This document shows positions 35,472-47,622 of a stretch of 64,000 nucleotides of DNA, one piece after another. Source of the stretch: Octopus sinensis. Taxonomy: Eukaryota. The stretch is taken from the NCBI RefSeq assembly GCF_006345805.1, contig NC_043001.1, positions 112,406,001 through 112,470,000 of the forward strand, read 5' to 3'. The position numbers and the translations under genes are program-made. Under the pieces are notes generated by a model. That model saw only the letters and a list, made by a program, of their open reading frames with translations, was not told the DNA's origin and did not search any database. How positions within the stretch are numbered: the first letter of the stretch is position 1; each line of letters starts with the position of its first letter.

Positions 35472-35544
35472 CCTTCTTAAATAAATTACTTTACTCTGCT
35501 ATGTAATGATTACCTATTTACTGTGGTTAACCCCGCCCACTCAA

Positions 35545-35549
35545 CCGGG

Positions 35550-35598
<49 letters not shown>

Positions 35599-35611
35599 TA
35601 GATAGATAGAT

Positions 35612-35660
<49 letters not shown>

Positions 35661-35697
35661 AAATAGATAGATTAGATAGATAGATAAATAGATAGAT

Positions 35698-35739
<42 letters not shown>

Positions 35740-35800
35740 GGATGGATGGATGGATGGATGGATGGATGGTTGGATGGATGGATGGATGGATGGATGGATA
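35545..35800. repeat. (TA)n-(GATA)n-(GATG)n microsatellite
   Basis: Direct reading. Confidence 0.95.
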
Positions 35801-36383
35801 AACAAATAGAGAGAGGGAGAGAGAGATGTGTTCAAATGCCTGTGAAAATCTGTGTGGATATATGTGTGTGCATTAGTATGTGTTACATAATACATATATA
35901 GATTACATCGCTACATAAATGGCCAAATGTATGTGTGTGCGCATACACATGTGTGTATTTATATATATATATATATATGTCTGTGTGTGTGCGGGTTTGT
36001 GCGTATTTCAGCGTATATTTTCGGGAAATGTCCGACCAATTACGATACGGAAGTATTCATGTGCTGTGTACATGTTTGCCCAATTAACCAACTGACATCT
36101 GCCTATGATTAGAGGCTGATTTATAAGTCCTCAATGTATACACGTTACAGAGTTGTATACACTTGTGTCTACACTTTATGAGAATATATATAAACGTATG
36201 TATATATGTATGTATTTATGTATATATGTATGTATGTTTGTATGTATGTATGTAAGTGTCGAGTGTTTGTGTTTATGCGTGTCTGGTTATGAATTTTACT
36301 GATTTATAATGCATAATATATAGCAGCGCTATGCGTGGATCTGTTAATGGTTATTTATGTGTGTGTCTGTATGTGTGTGTGTC

Positions 36384-36415
<32 letters not shown>

Positions 36416-36934
36416 TGTGCGTGTGTGTGTGTGTGCATGAGTATGTTTGTGAAGTTGTTATGACTGGGTTTCTATGTATAGCTATGTGTATAAATAAGTG
36501 CACGTTATAAACTGATTTATTGCTACAATTCCTGCATGCGTGTCTGTATCTACAGATGTTATAAGGTGTTTATATCTGCGTGTGTATGTATTATGATTAA
36601 GGCGAATATATTGCCTATGACTATGTATATTTATATACGTGTGTGTATGTGTGGGTATTTATATATATATTTCTATTTATTGATGTATGTATATATATGT
36701 ATGAGTGTGTGTGTGTATGTGTATGTATGTGTGTGTATATGTATGAGTATAAGTATATCTATAGATATGCACGCATATTTATATATATAGACACACCCAC
36801 ACACAAACACACACACACACACACATGCATATGTATACACACACATGCATATGTATACACACACACGCACACACACACACATACACACACACACACACAC
36901 ACCACACATACATATATATATATATATAAATACT

Positions 36935-37172
36935 GTCTACATTTAAACACCTAAGAGGCATCCATCATAAGACTCCTCGCACGCTAGAAAGAACGGTTAA
37001 ATTCCAAATTGGAATTTAACTGTTCTTTCTAGCGTGCAAAGAGTCCCATGATGGATGCCTCTTATGTGTTTAACTGTACACTGTATTTATATGAATAATA
37101 TATAGTCTATCGACTAAAATTTTACACGCTAGGCCACAGGTAGTAGAAATTTCTAATATTTCTTATTACCCT
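36935..37172 (-). mobile_element. Second copy of the 1092-1430 fold-back element with collapsed spacer
   Basis: catttaaacacctaagaggcatccatc...ttccaaattggaattt...gatgcctcttatgtgtttaa, followed by the reverse complement of 1092-1185. Confidence 0.8.
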
Positions 37173-37391
37173 TGATATTATTATTATATCGTGATTGGAA
37201 ATCAAAAAAAATTGTCCGTGACTCTTCCACTTTTTCCTCGTCCTCTTTTTATCTTTCTTCTTCTACTTCCACTTTTCTACTTGTGTTGCCACCACTTACA
37301 CCTACACAGATATTCACTACTTCTCAGCATGCCTGGCTTTCTCTGAACCTTCCTGTTCCTATGTTTCTGACGAAGAGCTTCGCTTCGCCCG

Positions 37392-37491
37392 NNNNNNNNN
37401 NNNNNNNNNNNNNNNNNNNNNNNNNNNNNNNNNNNNNNNNNNNNNNNNNNNNNNNNNNNNNNNNNNNNNNNNNNNNNNNNNNNNNNNNNNN
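37392..37491. other. Assembly gap (100 N)
   Basis: Run of exactly 100 N. Confidence 1.
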
Positions 37492-37549
<58 letters not shown>

Positions 37550-37624
37550 GCGCGCTCGCATGAGTTTTGGCCTGTACGCGTCGTGCATGTGTATAAGTTC
37601 AGTCATGTTTATGGATTTGTATAT

Positions 37625-38049
37625 ATATTTATTTCTTTATTGCCCAGATGGGGCTAAACATAGCGGGGACAAACAAGGACAGACAAAGGGACTAAGTCGA
37701 TTACATCGACCCCAGTCTGTAACTGGTACGTAATTTTCTCGACCACGAAAGGATGAAAGGCAAAGTCGACCTAGGCGGAATATGAACTCGGAACGTAGCG
37801 GCAGACGAAATACCTATTTCTTTACTACCCACAAGGGTCTAAACACAGAAGGGGACAAACAAGGACAGACAAACGGATTAAGTCGATTATATCGACCCCA
37901 GTGCGTAACTGGTACTTAATTTATCGACCCCGAAAGGATGAAAGGCAAAATCGACCTCGATAGAATTTGAACTCAGAACGTAGCGGCAGACGAAATACCG
38001 GTAAGCATTTGGCCCGACGTGCTAACGATTCTGCCAGGTCGCCGCCTTT
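37625..38049 (-). mobile_element. SINE family C dimer
   Basis: Reverse complement shows a full monomer, then TAAAGAAATA|GGTATTTCG (37814/37815) and a head-truncated second monomer. Confidence 0.88.
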
Positions 38050-38635
38050 CTATATATATTTATGAGCATGTGTATGTTCATATGTGTGCATCTGCTCGTT
38101 ACACACACATGCACACACGCATACACACATATATGTACGTATGTGCGTGTGTGTGTTTACGTATGCATGCAAGTATGTACGTATGTCAGGTCCTCGGAGC
38201 TACTGGCAACATGTAAGCCAGTACAACATGGTGCATGGGCGGGTCATCGGCGACTAAAGTGGCAACCCCAACAAGCTTGCTTGGTGAGGAAGGTGATTGT
38301 TGGAGACCCTGAAGGACGAAAAATAAGACCTTTCAAATGGCGAAAGAGCTTATGAAGAGTCAACGGCCATCCAACAATATGTGTACATGTGTATGTATGC
38401 ATGTATGTATGCACGGGTTCGTGGAAATAATATTTGCGTCGGTGTCCAGGCGCCTGGTTGGCCCAGTGGGAGACCCCATTGTTGTTATCACAACATCTCT
38501 TTAGCAAAGGGAAAAGTGAAAACCTGTGATACTGCCAATATTCGATGATGTAGACTGGTTGTTTTTTTTATGTCTGTTTTTTGGTTTTTTTTTTTTCAAG
38601 TTTATGTTGTCCATGTTCAGGCAGTGGGATTTTTC

Positions 38636-38937
38636 GTTTGTTCCTTCTCGAGCCATGCATGGCTCATAAGGGCCGGTTTCCCGGTTTCCTTGGCGTATAG
38701 GTTCCCCACCTGGACGGGACGCCGGTCGGTCGCAGGTGAGCTGATAGATGAAGGAAGAAAGAGTCAGAAAAAGCTGTGGCGAAAGAGTCAACAGAAGTTC
38801 GCCATTACCTTCTGCCGAAGCCGCGTCGAGCTTAGATGTTTCTCTCATAAACACACACATCGCCCGGTCTGAGATTCGAACCCGCGATCCCTTGACCGCG
38901 AGTCCACTGCTTTAACCACTAGGCCATGTGCCTCCAC
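38636..38937 (-). mobile_element. SINE with family B-like head and the GAAACCGGGAAAC tail of 5843-6095
   Basis: Reverse complement TGTGGAGGCACATGGCCTAGTGGTTAAAGCAGTGGACTCGCGG...GGTTCGAATCTC, ending ATACGCCAAGGAAACCGGGAAACCGGCCCTTATGAGCC...GAGAAGGAACAAAC. Confidence 0.8.
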
Positions 38938-39114
38938 AGGGAGTGGGATTGGAATTGTGCAAATCCTTTTCTCACTATAAAAAAAACAAACATCATGCAC
39001 AGGTATTGCTCGAAAAAAGTAAGACCTATCACAAAAATGGCTAGTTTTAGCCTTCGCATGTGTGGGACTTTCGATCAGGCAAATGGCAAAACTCAAACAT
39101 GAGTTTGCAACCAT

Positions 39115-40228
39115 CATGTATGTATGTATGTATGTATGTATGTATGTATGTATGTATGTATGTATGTATGTATGTATGTATGTATGTATGCATGTATGTA
39201 TGCATGTATGTGTGTATGTATGTATGTATGTATGTATGTATGCATGCATGTATGTATGTATGTATGTATGTATGTATGTGGTATGTATGTATGTATGCAT
39301 GCATGTATTGTATGTATGTATGTATGTATGCATGCATGTATGTATGTATGTATGTATGTATGGTATGTATGTATGTGGTATGTGATGTATGCATGCATGC
39401 ATGTATGTATGTATGTATGTATGTATGCATGCAGTATGTATGATGTATGTATGTATGTGTGTATGTATGTATGCATGCATGATGTATGTATGTATGTATG
39501 TATGTATGTATGCATGCATGTATGTATGTAGATGTATGTATGTATGTATGTATGTATGTATGTATGTATGTATGTATGTATGTTATGTATGTATGCATTG
39601 TATGTATGTATGTATGCATGTATGTATGCATGTATGTATGTATGTATGTATGTATTATGTATGATGTATGTATGTATGTATGTATGTTGTGTGTATGTAT
39701 GTATGTATGTATGTATGTGTGTATGTATGTATGTATGTATGTGTTGTATGTATGTATGTATGTGGTATGTATGTATGTATGCATGTATGTATGTATGTAT
39801 GTATGTATGCATGCATGTATGTATGTATGTATAGTATGTGTGATGTATGTATGTATGTATGTGTGTATGTATGTGTATGTATGTATATGTATGTATGTAT
39901 GATGCATGTATGTATGTATGTATGTATGTATGTATGCATGTATGTATGCATGTATGTATGATGTATGCATGTATGTATGCAGGTATGTATGAGTATGTAT
40001 GTATGCATGTATGTATGTATGTATGTATGTATGTATGCATGTATGTATGTATGTATGTAGTATGTAGCATGCATGTATGTATGCTGTATGTATGTATGTT
40101 ATGTATCGATGTATGTATGTATGTATGTATGCATGTATGTATGCAGTATGTATGTATGTATGTATGTATGTATGCATGTATGTATGTATGTATGTATGTA
40201 TGTATGTATGTATGTATGTATGTATGTA
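39115..40228. repeat. (TATG/CATG)n array, about 1.1 kb
   Basis: Direct reading; the source of the long spurious ORFs here. Confidence 0.97.
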
Positions 40229-40395
40229 CACAGTCGATAGGCCAGCTACTGCAGTATCTGTCCTGAGATAACACCTTTTACGAACATGCTGTGTTAAAAT
40301 ACTAGAATGAAAGACATGAAAATCCTTTTCAGCACCCACCAACGAGGACGTTATATGAACTTCGGCCTTGTCCAGGCCTTTTCAAATGTGCTTAC

Positions 40396-40525
40396 TCGCA
40401 TCTAGCCACGTACTCGGACGAGAATTTGTCGTCTGTGACATAGAGAAGACTGCAGACGGGACGGGACGTTGGTGTAGCTGGTTGTGGTACTGGTGTTGGT
40501 GCTTGTGTTGATGCTAGTCCTGGAG
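40396..40525 (-). CDS. Candidate internal exon (Pro/Thr linker plus Cys segment), unverified
   Basis: Minus strand ag|CT CCA GGA...AGA TGC GA|gtaagc encodes PGLASTQAPTPVPQPATPTSRPVCSLLYVTDDKFSSEYVARC. Phase-compatible with 40738-40779. The acceptor is weak. Confidence 0.25.
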
Positions 40526-40737
40526 CTCGTTATAACGACAATGATTACGACGAACTAAGTAAAGTAGATAACGTTGATGATGAGGATGAAGATGATGATC
40601 CCGATGATGATGACGACGACGACGATGATGATGATCATGATGATGATGGCGGTTCACTCGTGTCTGAGGAAGATATATCACTGACTAAAAGAACGTCAAC
40701 ATTGTCCATGTAGTATTTTAAGGCCAATTAATCTTAC

Positions 40738-40779
40738 ACAACAGTTCATAGAATCTCTTCAGAGGCGGATCGAGCCAAT
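40738..40779 (-). CDS. Candidate 42-nt exon, unverified
   Basis: Pyrimidine-rich ...cttctcatagcatcttatag|AT TGG CTC GAT CCG CCT CTG AAG AGA TTC TAT GAA CTG TTG T|gtaaga (WLDPPLKRFYELL); only one open frame. Confidence 0.22.
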
Positions 40780-41276
40780 CTATAAGATGCTATGAGAAGT
40801 ACTTAATTCGGAAGAAGGAGAGCGTCTTGCACTTCAGCTGTCGTTGGAAATCCTCCAAATACTCAAGCAAGACTAGTCTCCGCACCAAGTTTTTTATTGA
40901 GTTTTGTATCAGAATAATGTTCACTTGGCGAAATACTTTAACAAAAGATAATCTTAGGCGTTTTCTTTCAACAAATAGGCGCGGTTAAGAAGCTCATTTT
41001 ACAACCATTAGGTTTCGGGTTCATTCCCATTGCGAAGCTCCTCATGTAAATATGTTCTATTATAGCCCCAGGCCGATCATTGATTTGTGAATGTATATGG
41101 TTGACGGAAACTGTGTGGAAGCCCGTCTGATGTGTGTGCATGTGTGAATGTGCGCGCGCGCGTGTATGTGTATATATATATGTGTGTGTGTGTGTGTATA
41201 TGCGTGTGTTTGTGTGCGTATGTATATATATATAGGCGCAGGAGTGGCTGTGTGGTAAGTAACTCGCTTAAAAACC

Positions 41277-41319
<43 letters not shown>

Positions 41320-41436
41320 ATTTTTGTCTTTGTGTTTGTCACCGAACCGCGTTGGAAGCCATGATAGCTTGCTTAAGAAACACAGAATACGCAGCGGATT
41401 AAAACGTACTGGATTCGGTTTATTTATCTACCTCAG

Positions 41437-41481
41437 TTGAAGTTTCTGGAAGCCCTAGCCAGAAAAACAGCCGCAAGAGAG
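41437..41481 (+). CDS. Candidate 45-nt frame-preserving micro-exon, unverified
   Basis: tttatttatctacctcag|TTGAAGTTTCTGGAAGCCCTAGCCAGAAAAACAGCCGCAAGAGAG|gtaagt. Consensus acceptor and donor; reads LKFLEALARKTAARE (phase 0) or EVSGSPSQKNSRKR (phase 1). Confidence 0.35.
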
Positions 41482-42269
41482 GTAAGTCCTGTTCGCGAAA
41501 TTTTTGTTCCCACGAGAATTCCGGACCTCAGTAAAGTTCTTATTCGCATACAGCCAATCAGAGCTCACATTCACCTTGTCAAGTTAACAAATGTTGGCAT
41601 TTATAATGACAATCTCCGATTACCAGCACACAATGTACAGATCCTTACATTTGTTTTTATATTGTACGTGAATTTTTCACGGGTCCAGTTAGTTATAATA
41701 AATAGACCTATAATTTACTACTAATAATAGTACTCAACGAAATGTTTTAGTACTCACACATTTTCGTGACTATCTTTTGGGGTGGGTGGGGGGATTTTTC
41801 TGTTTGGTTGCCAGTGTCAATTTTCTGTTCGAATTGATTTCATATTTAGTGTAATGATACACTTTTATAGGCTAATTAATGAAGTGAAAGTAATTTTTTG
41901 CTATAAATCAATAAATAAAGCGTTATTAGTAATTAAAGTGTGAACATTTTGGTAATTTTAGTCAATCATAAGCCACAGACACATTCATGTTTTACTCTTT
42001 TTTAAATTAATATAAACATTTATTTACACGCAAGAGAATTATCGGAGAACTTTAGTGCTTAAAATAACGGCTAAATAAGATTTAGTTACGTGAAAGAAAA
42101 TTACATAACACGTATTCTTTACAAATATTGACATGTGCTAGACGGAGACGTTGCTGCCTGCTAGTAGAGAGGGAAAGAGTAAGGAATACACGGTGCTGAC
42201 TAGAAAGGAAGAAAGGATAAAGGTTGCTCTGCTCCGATTGGCTGAATGCAAATGAATTCATTACTGGGG

Positions 42270-42670
42270 TCCGGAACCCTCGTGGGAAAAAAATTCGCGT
42301 CCAGTTCATTGTGCGGCAACATGAGTCAATTTCATTACATGCTATAACAGATATTTTATTATCTATACAGAAAGTGCAATTTGTAATGATTCCCATTTGG
42401 TGTTTGCAGCGAAATGCACCAAACACAACTTGATTTATGTTGGCTGCACAACACAAAAATTACATAAAACATTCAATGAGGATAAGTATGACGTCAGGCA
42501 CAAAAGCAGTCGTTCGACGGAACTTGTCGGACATTTTACATCAAAACAGATGTAATTTTGAGGATCATTTGAAAGTGCACATTCCTACTCTACTGCACTT
42601 TCAGTCTCAAAACACATGAGGATAAAAATATTTGTGAATTACTAACGTCACGCTCTGGAAGAAAGAACAA
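42270..42670 (+). pseudogene. Second Penelope-like GIY-YIG endonuclease remnant
   Basis: Frame from 42367: TESAICNDSHLVFAAKCTKHNLIYVGCTTQKLHKTFNEDKYDVRHKSSRSTELVGHF, then after frameshifts RCNFEDHLKVHI and HEDKNICELLT...G. Confidence 0.7.
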
Positions 42671-42908
42671 AGAGACAGAATTCCATCACATTTCTTGACC
42701 AAATGTTCTATTTCTTACATTTTTCTTTCTTGCATTTTTCTTTCTTTTTTTATCTTTTTCTTCGTTCCCAATTGCGTAAAAGCGGAAAATCTGATGACGT
42801 CGTTTTGCATAAGAAGAAACTGAGGATATTCCTGTTCCAAGTTTGAATTTCTGTATTTCTGCAATTTTTTTTTTCATTTTACATTTCGAAACTGAAGAAG
42901 ACTATATA

Positions 42909-43112
42909 TACTCTCTTTTACTTGTTTCAGTCATTTGACTGTGGCCATGCTGGAGCACCGCCTTTAGTCGAAAAAACCCACCCCAGGACTTATTCTTTGT
43001 AAGCCTAGTACTTATTCTATCGGTTCTTTTGCTGAACCGCTAAATCACGGGGACTTAAACACACCACCATCGGTTGTCAAGCGATGTTGAGGGGACAGAT
43101 ACAGACACTCAA

Positions 43113-43175
<63 letters not shown>

Positions 43176-43338
43176 CGACTGGCTTCTTTCAGTTTCCGTC
43201 TACCAAATCCACTCACAAGGCTTTGGTCGGCCTGATGCTATAGTAGAAGGAACTTGCCCAAGGTGCCACGCAGTGAGACTGAAGCCGGAGCCATGTGGTT
43301 GGTAAGCAAGCTACTTACCACACAACCACTCCTAAGCC
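42909..43338 (-). mobile_element. SINE family A copy
   Basis: Full length; head at the right end. Confidence 0.9.
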
Positions 43339-43467
43339 TATGTTGAAATTCAATGAAATGAGTCAAATCTCTATTTATTACGAATCGTTTGCGCTCTTCT
43401 CATTGCTTATTTACCTTCCTTAAGGCTTGCGTCACTCTCCATAAACTAACAACAAAATTAACAACAA

Positions 43468-43874
43468 CAGGAGTGGCTGTGTGGTAAGTAGCTTGCTAAC
43501 CAACCACATGGTTCCGGGTTCAGACACACTGCATGACATCTTGGGCAAGTGTCTTCTGCTATAGCCCCGGGCCGACCAATGCCTTGTGAGTGGATTTGGT
43601 AGACGGAAACTGAAAGAAGCCTGTCGTATATATGTGTATATATGTATATGTATGTGTGTGTTTGTGTGTCTGTGTTTGTCCCCCTAGCATTGCTTGACAA
43701 CCGATGCTGGTGTGTTTACATCCCCCTCACTTAGCGGTTCGGCAAAAGAGACCGATAGAATAAGTACTGGGCTTACAAAGAATAAGTCCCGGGGTCGATT
43801 TGCTCGACTAAAGGCGGTGCTCCAGCATGGCCGCAGTCAAAATGACTGAAACAAGTAAAAGAGTAAAAGAGTAA
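43468..43874 (+). mobile_element. SINE family A copy (inverted relative to 42909-43338)
   Basis: CAGGAGTGGCTGTGTGGTAAG...GGTTCAGACAC...AGTAAAAGAGTAAAAGAGTA. Confidence 0.9.
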
Positions 43875-43889
43875 ACAATAATAAATGAT

Positions 43890-44320
43890 TTCAAACTTTG
43901 GCACAAGATCAGTATTTTCGGGAAAGGAGTAAGTCGACTGCATCGACCTCAGATACATCTGGTACTTATTTTACTGACCCCAAAAGGATGAGCAACAAAG
44001 TTGATTTCGCCGGTATTTGAACTCAGAATGTAAAGAATATAAAGACAGACGAAATGCCGCTGAGCACCTTCTCGGGCGGGCTAATGATTCTGCCAGCTCG
44101 CCATAATAACGGTAATAATATTGGTTTCAAATTTTAGCACAAGGACAACAATTTCGGCAGAGGGTGTAAGTCGATTACATCGACTCCAGTGCTCTACAAG
44201 TACTTATTATATCGACCTCGAAAGGATGAAAGGCAAATTTGACTTTGTCGGAATTTGAATTCATAACGTAACGACGGACGAAATGCTGCTAAGCATTTAA
44301 CCGGGTATGTTAACGATGAT
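43890..44320 (-). mobile_element. Two degenerate SINE family C copies
   Basis: Reverse complement of the family C head and core at about 43890-44102 and 44125-44320. Confidence 0.75.
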
Positions 44321-45169
44321 AATCTACTATAATAATACACTTGTGTTTTTTCCGGTCACAACACATGAATGAGAAAGGAAGAGGTGATAGACGAATAAGG
44401 AAGGAAGGGGTGATGGCACACTTGGTAGTGGGATGATGGAAATTCTGCGGTGAAAAAACCAAACAGCGTTTCAACTCTATCTTAGTATATGTGGGTGTAT
44501 GTAAAAAGTGTGTATGTGTGTGTGTGTGCAATGGAAGTAGGATGGTGAAAATTCAACGCTGAAAAGAAAAATCAAACAGCGGTTCAACTCAGTGTATTGC
44601 CAGCCCCCGTATTTAGTCACGGCCAGCTTTATGTGGCCTTAAGTCGGACAAGAAGAAAGGAAAACTTTAAAATTCTTTTGAAGGAAACAAATAGTCAAGG
44701 GATGTTAGTTGCGTAGAGATTTGGTAAAAGAATTTGGTAATAAAAGAATTATTAAACTAAAAACTTGGTCTTGTACCTTATTTATATACTACAATTATAC
44801 AACAATTAGCCGTCATTTTTTGGACGGCACGGTGCTAGCTAGTATTAACAATAATAATAATAACAGTTTCGACAAGGCCAGCAATTTTGAAGTCAGAGAT
44901 TTAGTCCATGTTATCGGCTCCAATATTTGACGAGTGCTTTTATTTTTTCAGCCCCGAAAGGAATGCAAGCTGATGAGGATTTTGTCTCTGAACGTTAAGA
45001 ACTAGCAGAAACACCACCGAAAGACATTTTGTCAGACTAACAAATGCGCCAATCCTTGGGTACTCTGTTGCTTTCGAGGGTGAGTATTTCAGGGTTTTCT
45101 TTTCAATCAAGTAGACTGTGTACTCGTTAGATTAACATGTAAGTAACTGAGAATGACAACGCCAAGCCC

Positions 45170-45463
45170 ACGTGTGAATGTAAGTCTCCAGATCCGAGAA
45201 AGACGTCTCTGAAACTTCTTGCTGAACAACCTACACGGATGGTTTGTTTAAAGTGATCAAATATTTGTGTTGAACATTAGATCACTTCCTCCATCAAAGT
45301 GACATTGTCTGTAGAGATGCGCTGTGTGTCACATGTCTGATGTCGAAGAGATCGCAGAGCAACTTGAGATGAAGTGTTTTGCTTAAGAAGACAATGCACT
45401 GCACTGTCGGGAAATCGAACCTGCGATAGTAAGTGCAATACCCTAGTCACTGGGCTACGCATT
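45170..45463 (-). mobile_element. Old tRNA-headed CORE-like SINE (diverged)
   Basis: Reverse complement GCGTAGCCCAGTGACTAGGG...GGTTCGATTTCCCG...CTTCTTAAGCAAAACACTTCATCTC. Confidence 0.55.
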
Positions 45464-45480
45464 CAGAGACGTGTACTCTT

Positions 45481-45865
45481 AAAGTAATTTTCTGGTAAGA
45501 TCAGCGTAACACAGTGTGTGAGAGTGTGACACGGTGTATTAAAGTGTGTGACACAGTGTGTGAGTGTGACAATGTGACACAGTGTATTAAAGTGTGTGAC
45601 ACAGTGTGTTACAGTGTGACACAGTGTATTAAAGTGTGTGACATGGTGTGTGACAGTATGTGTGACAGTATGTATGACAGTGCTACAGTACGTGACAAAG
45701 TGTGTTACAATACGTGACACAGTTAAGGTAATTTTCTGGTAAGATCAGCGTGACACAGTGTGTGAGAGTGTGACACAGTGTATTAAAGTTTGTGACACAG
45801 TGTGTGAGTGTGACAGTGTGACACAGTGTATTAAAGTGTGTGACACAGTGTATGACACAGTGTCT
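45481..45865. repeat. GTGTGACACAGTGTATTAAA minisatellite within a duplicated block of about 240 bp
   Basis: gtaattttctggtaagatcagcgt..acacagtgtgtgagagtgtgacac at about 45484 and 45728. Confidence 0.85.
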
Positions 45866-47126
45866 GGGCAACCACACACACTGTTTACTTTATCCCATAT
45901 ATAAGACTTGTATTAACCCGGTAAATACACTTGTCCAAAATGCTACGGAGTGAGATCGAACTGGAGACCACACGACTGTGAAGAGGGTCTTACTAATCAT
46001 CCAGTTATGTCTTCGTCCATAGCTATTATTAATATTTATAAAAACATAATAAAATAAAGAAGAATTATTAATGGATGATGCAAAGCGCGAAAGAATTACA
46101 TGATTCTTGCTTCGGTTGACTTTATATGTGGCGACCATCTTAGCTCAATACCACAGATTTTAATTCTTGTTTCGTTTAAACCAACAATGAGAATACGGAA
46201 GACATTTTGCATTGTCTCGCTGATAACAATAGAATAGGAACTCCGCTCTGACAAATAATATCCACTCGGATATTCAAAGACGATGGTACTTGAGACATTG
46301 CTATTGTACTGTGCTTGTTTCTCTTGTTATGCTTAATAAAATGGAAGTAATTTAGAGTATAAAATCGGGAACAAAAAGACTCATCTTGGAATATTCTCTT
46401 CATGGATGACCAATAATTATTGCACACAGAAAATTGCGCCACAAATTTGAGTGCCGATTCTGTGGTGTCTGGTAATTTGGTGGTAATTTAAATTAAAATG
46501 TCATTTGATCTCGACAAACGTAGCAAAATTAGCAATATGGTGGTATTGAATACTAATGCATACTTTCATTAGATCCCCATGTTTCGTAGTGGTGGAGGTA
46601 GTATTGGTAGTGGTAGAAGAGTGGGGTGGAAGTGAGGAATGCGAAGAAGCGGAAGAATTTTTAAAGTTATTTCTATTTTTGTTATATTTTTCTTTTATTT
46701 ATTTTCATTTTTTCCCCTCGGTTTTCTTCTTTTATTTTTATTTTTATCCTTTTGGTTTTTGTTTTGTATTGACGAAGATTTCCAAATTGGCTGGATATTT
46801 GATACTTGGACACTGGATCAAGCCAGACATCTAACCACACATGCGCACGCGCGCTAATACAAAGCAAATTCTCACACAAGCTTACAAACACACACGCACA
46901 CACTAACACAATCACACACACTCACACACAACAGACACAGACACGCACTCACACACCCACGCACATACACACACACACGCATACATGTATACGCAGATCC
47001 ACAAACACGATGCACACAGACACATGTAGATACACATTCATAAGCATAAACTCATACATACACACACGCACATGCACGCGTATATATATATATATATATA
47101 TGTTTATATATATATATATATCTGTA

Positions 47127-47159
<33 letters not shown>

Positions 47160-47238
47160 CTGTATATATATACACACACACACACGCATATATATGAATA
47201 TATACATATATGTATGTGTGTGCATGTATATGTGTATG

Positions 47239-47269
<31 letters not shown>

Positions 47270-47622
47270 CTGTGTGAGTGCATTATATATGGATATATAT
47301 CTATATATATATATACGCACACCTACAAACACATTCACACACACATGTGTGTGTATGTTCGTGCATGTCGGAGTTTTAATTTTCGTGTGTGATTGTCTAT
47401 ACACTCTTTTGGGTTTGAACGCGCAATGATATCTTTAGATAGTGTAAGCAGTTTAAAACATCCTCAGTGGCCTGTCCAAATCCCAAGGAACAAGTGGAAC
47501 CTCTGTCGGCAAATGGAAATCCATTTTATTTAGGAATTTGTATAAATGCTCGCACGCGTACACAATACACACACGCGTGCGCGCACAGACACACACACAC
47601 ACACAAACACACACACATATAT

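Larger units (their letters stand above)
35368..35477. repeat. 110-bp near-perfect palindrome (55-bp arms, 1 mismatch, no spacer)
   Basis: agaaggagcttctacaggactagaactgtttcattcagatgaaatcttcaggaag|cttcctgaagatttcatctgattgaaacagttctagtcctgtagaagctccttct, centre 35422/35423. Confidence 0.97.

Noticed and set aside
39047-40342. Longest ORFs in the track (431 aa, 386 aa) and similar MYVC/HTYI/IYLS ORFs throughout
   Set aside because: Translations of stop-free (TATG)n, (CA)n and (CTAT)n microsatellites; no protein signal.
44965-45000. CTGATGAGGA...GAACGTTA as a hammerhead
   Set aside because: It is the reverse complement of a decayed SINE C core; no GAAA box and the stems do not pair.
45490-45860. 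Many CACAGTG heptamers resembling RAG/Transib recombination signals
   Set aside because: No nonamer at 12 or 23 bp spacing; explained by a CA/TG-derived minisatellite.
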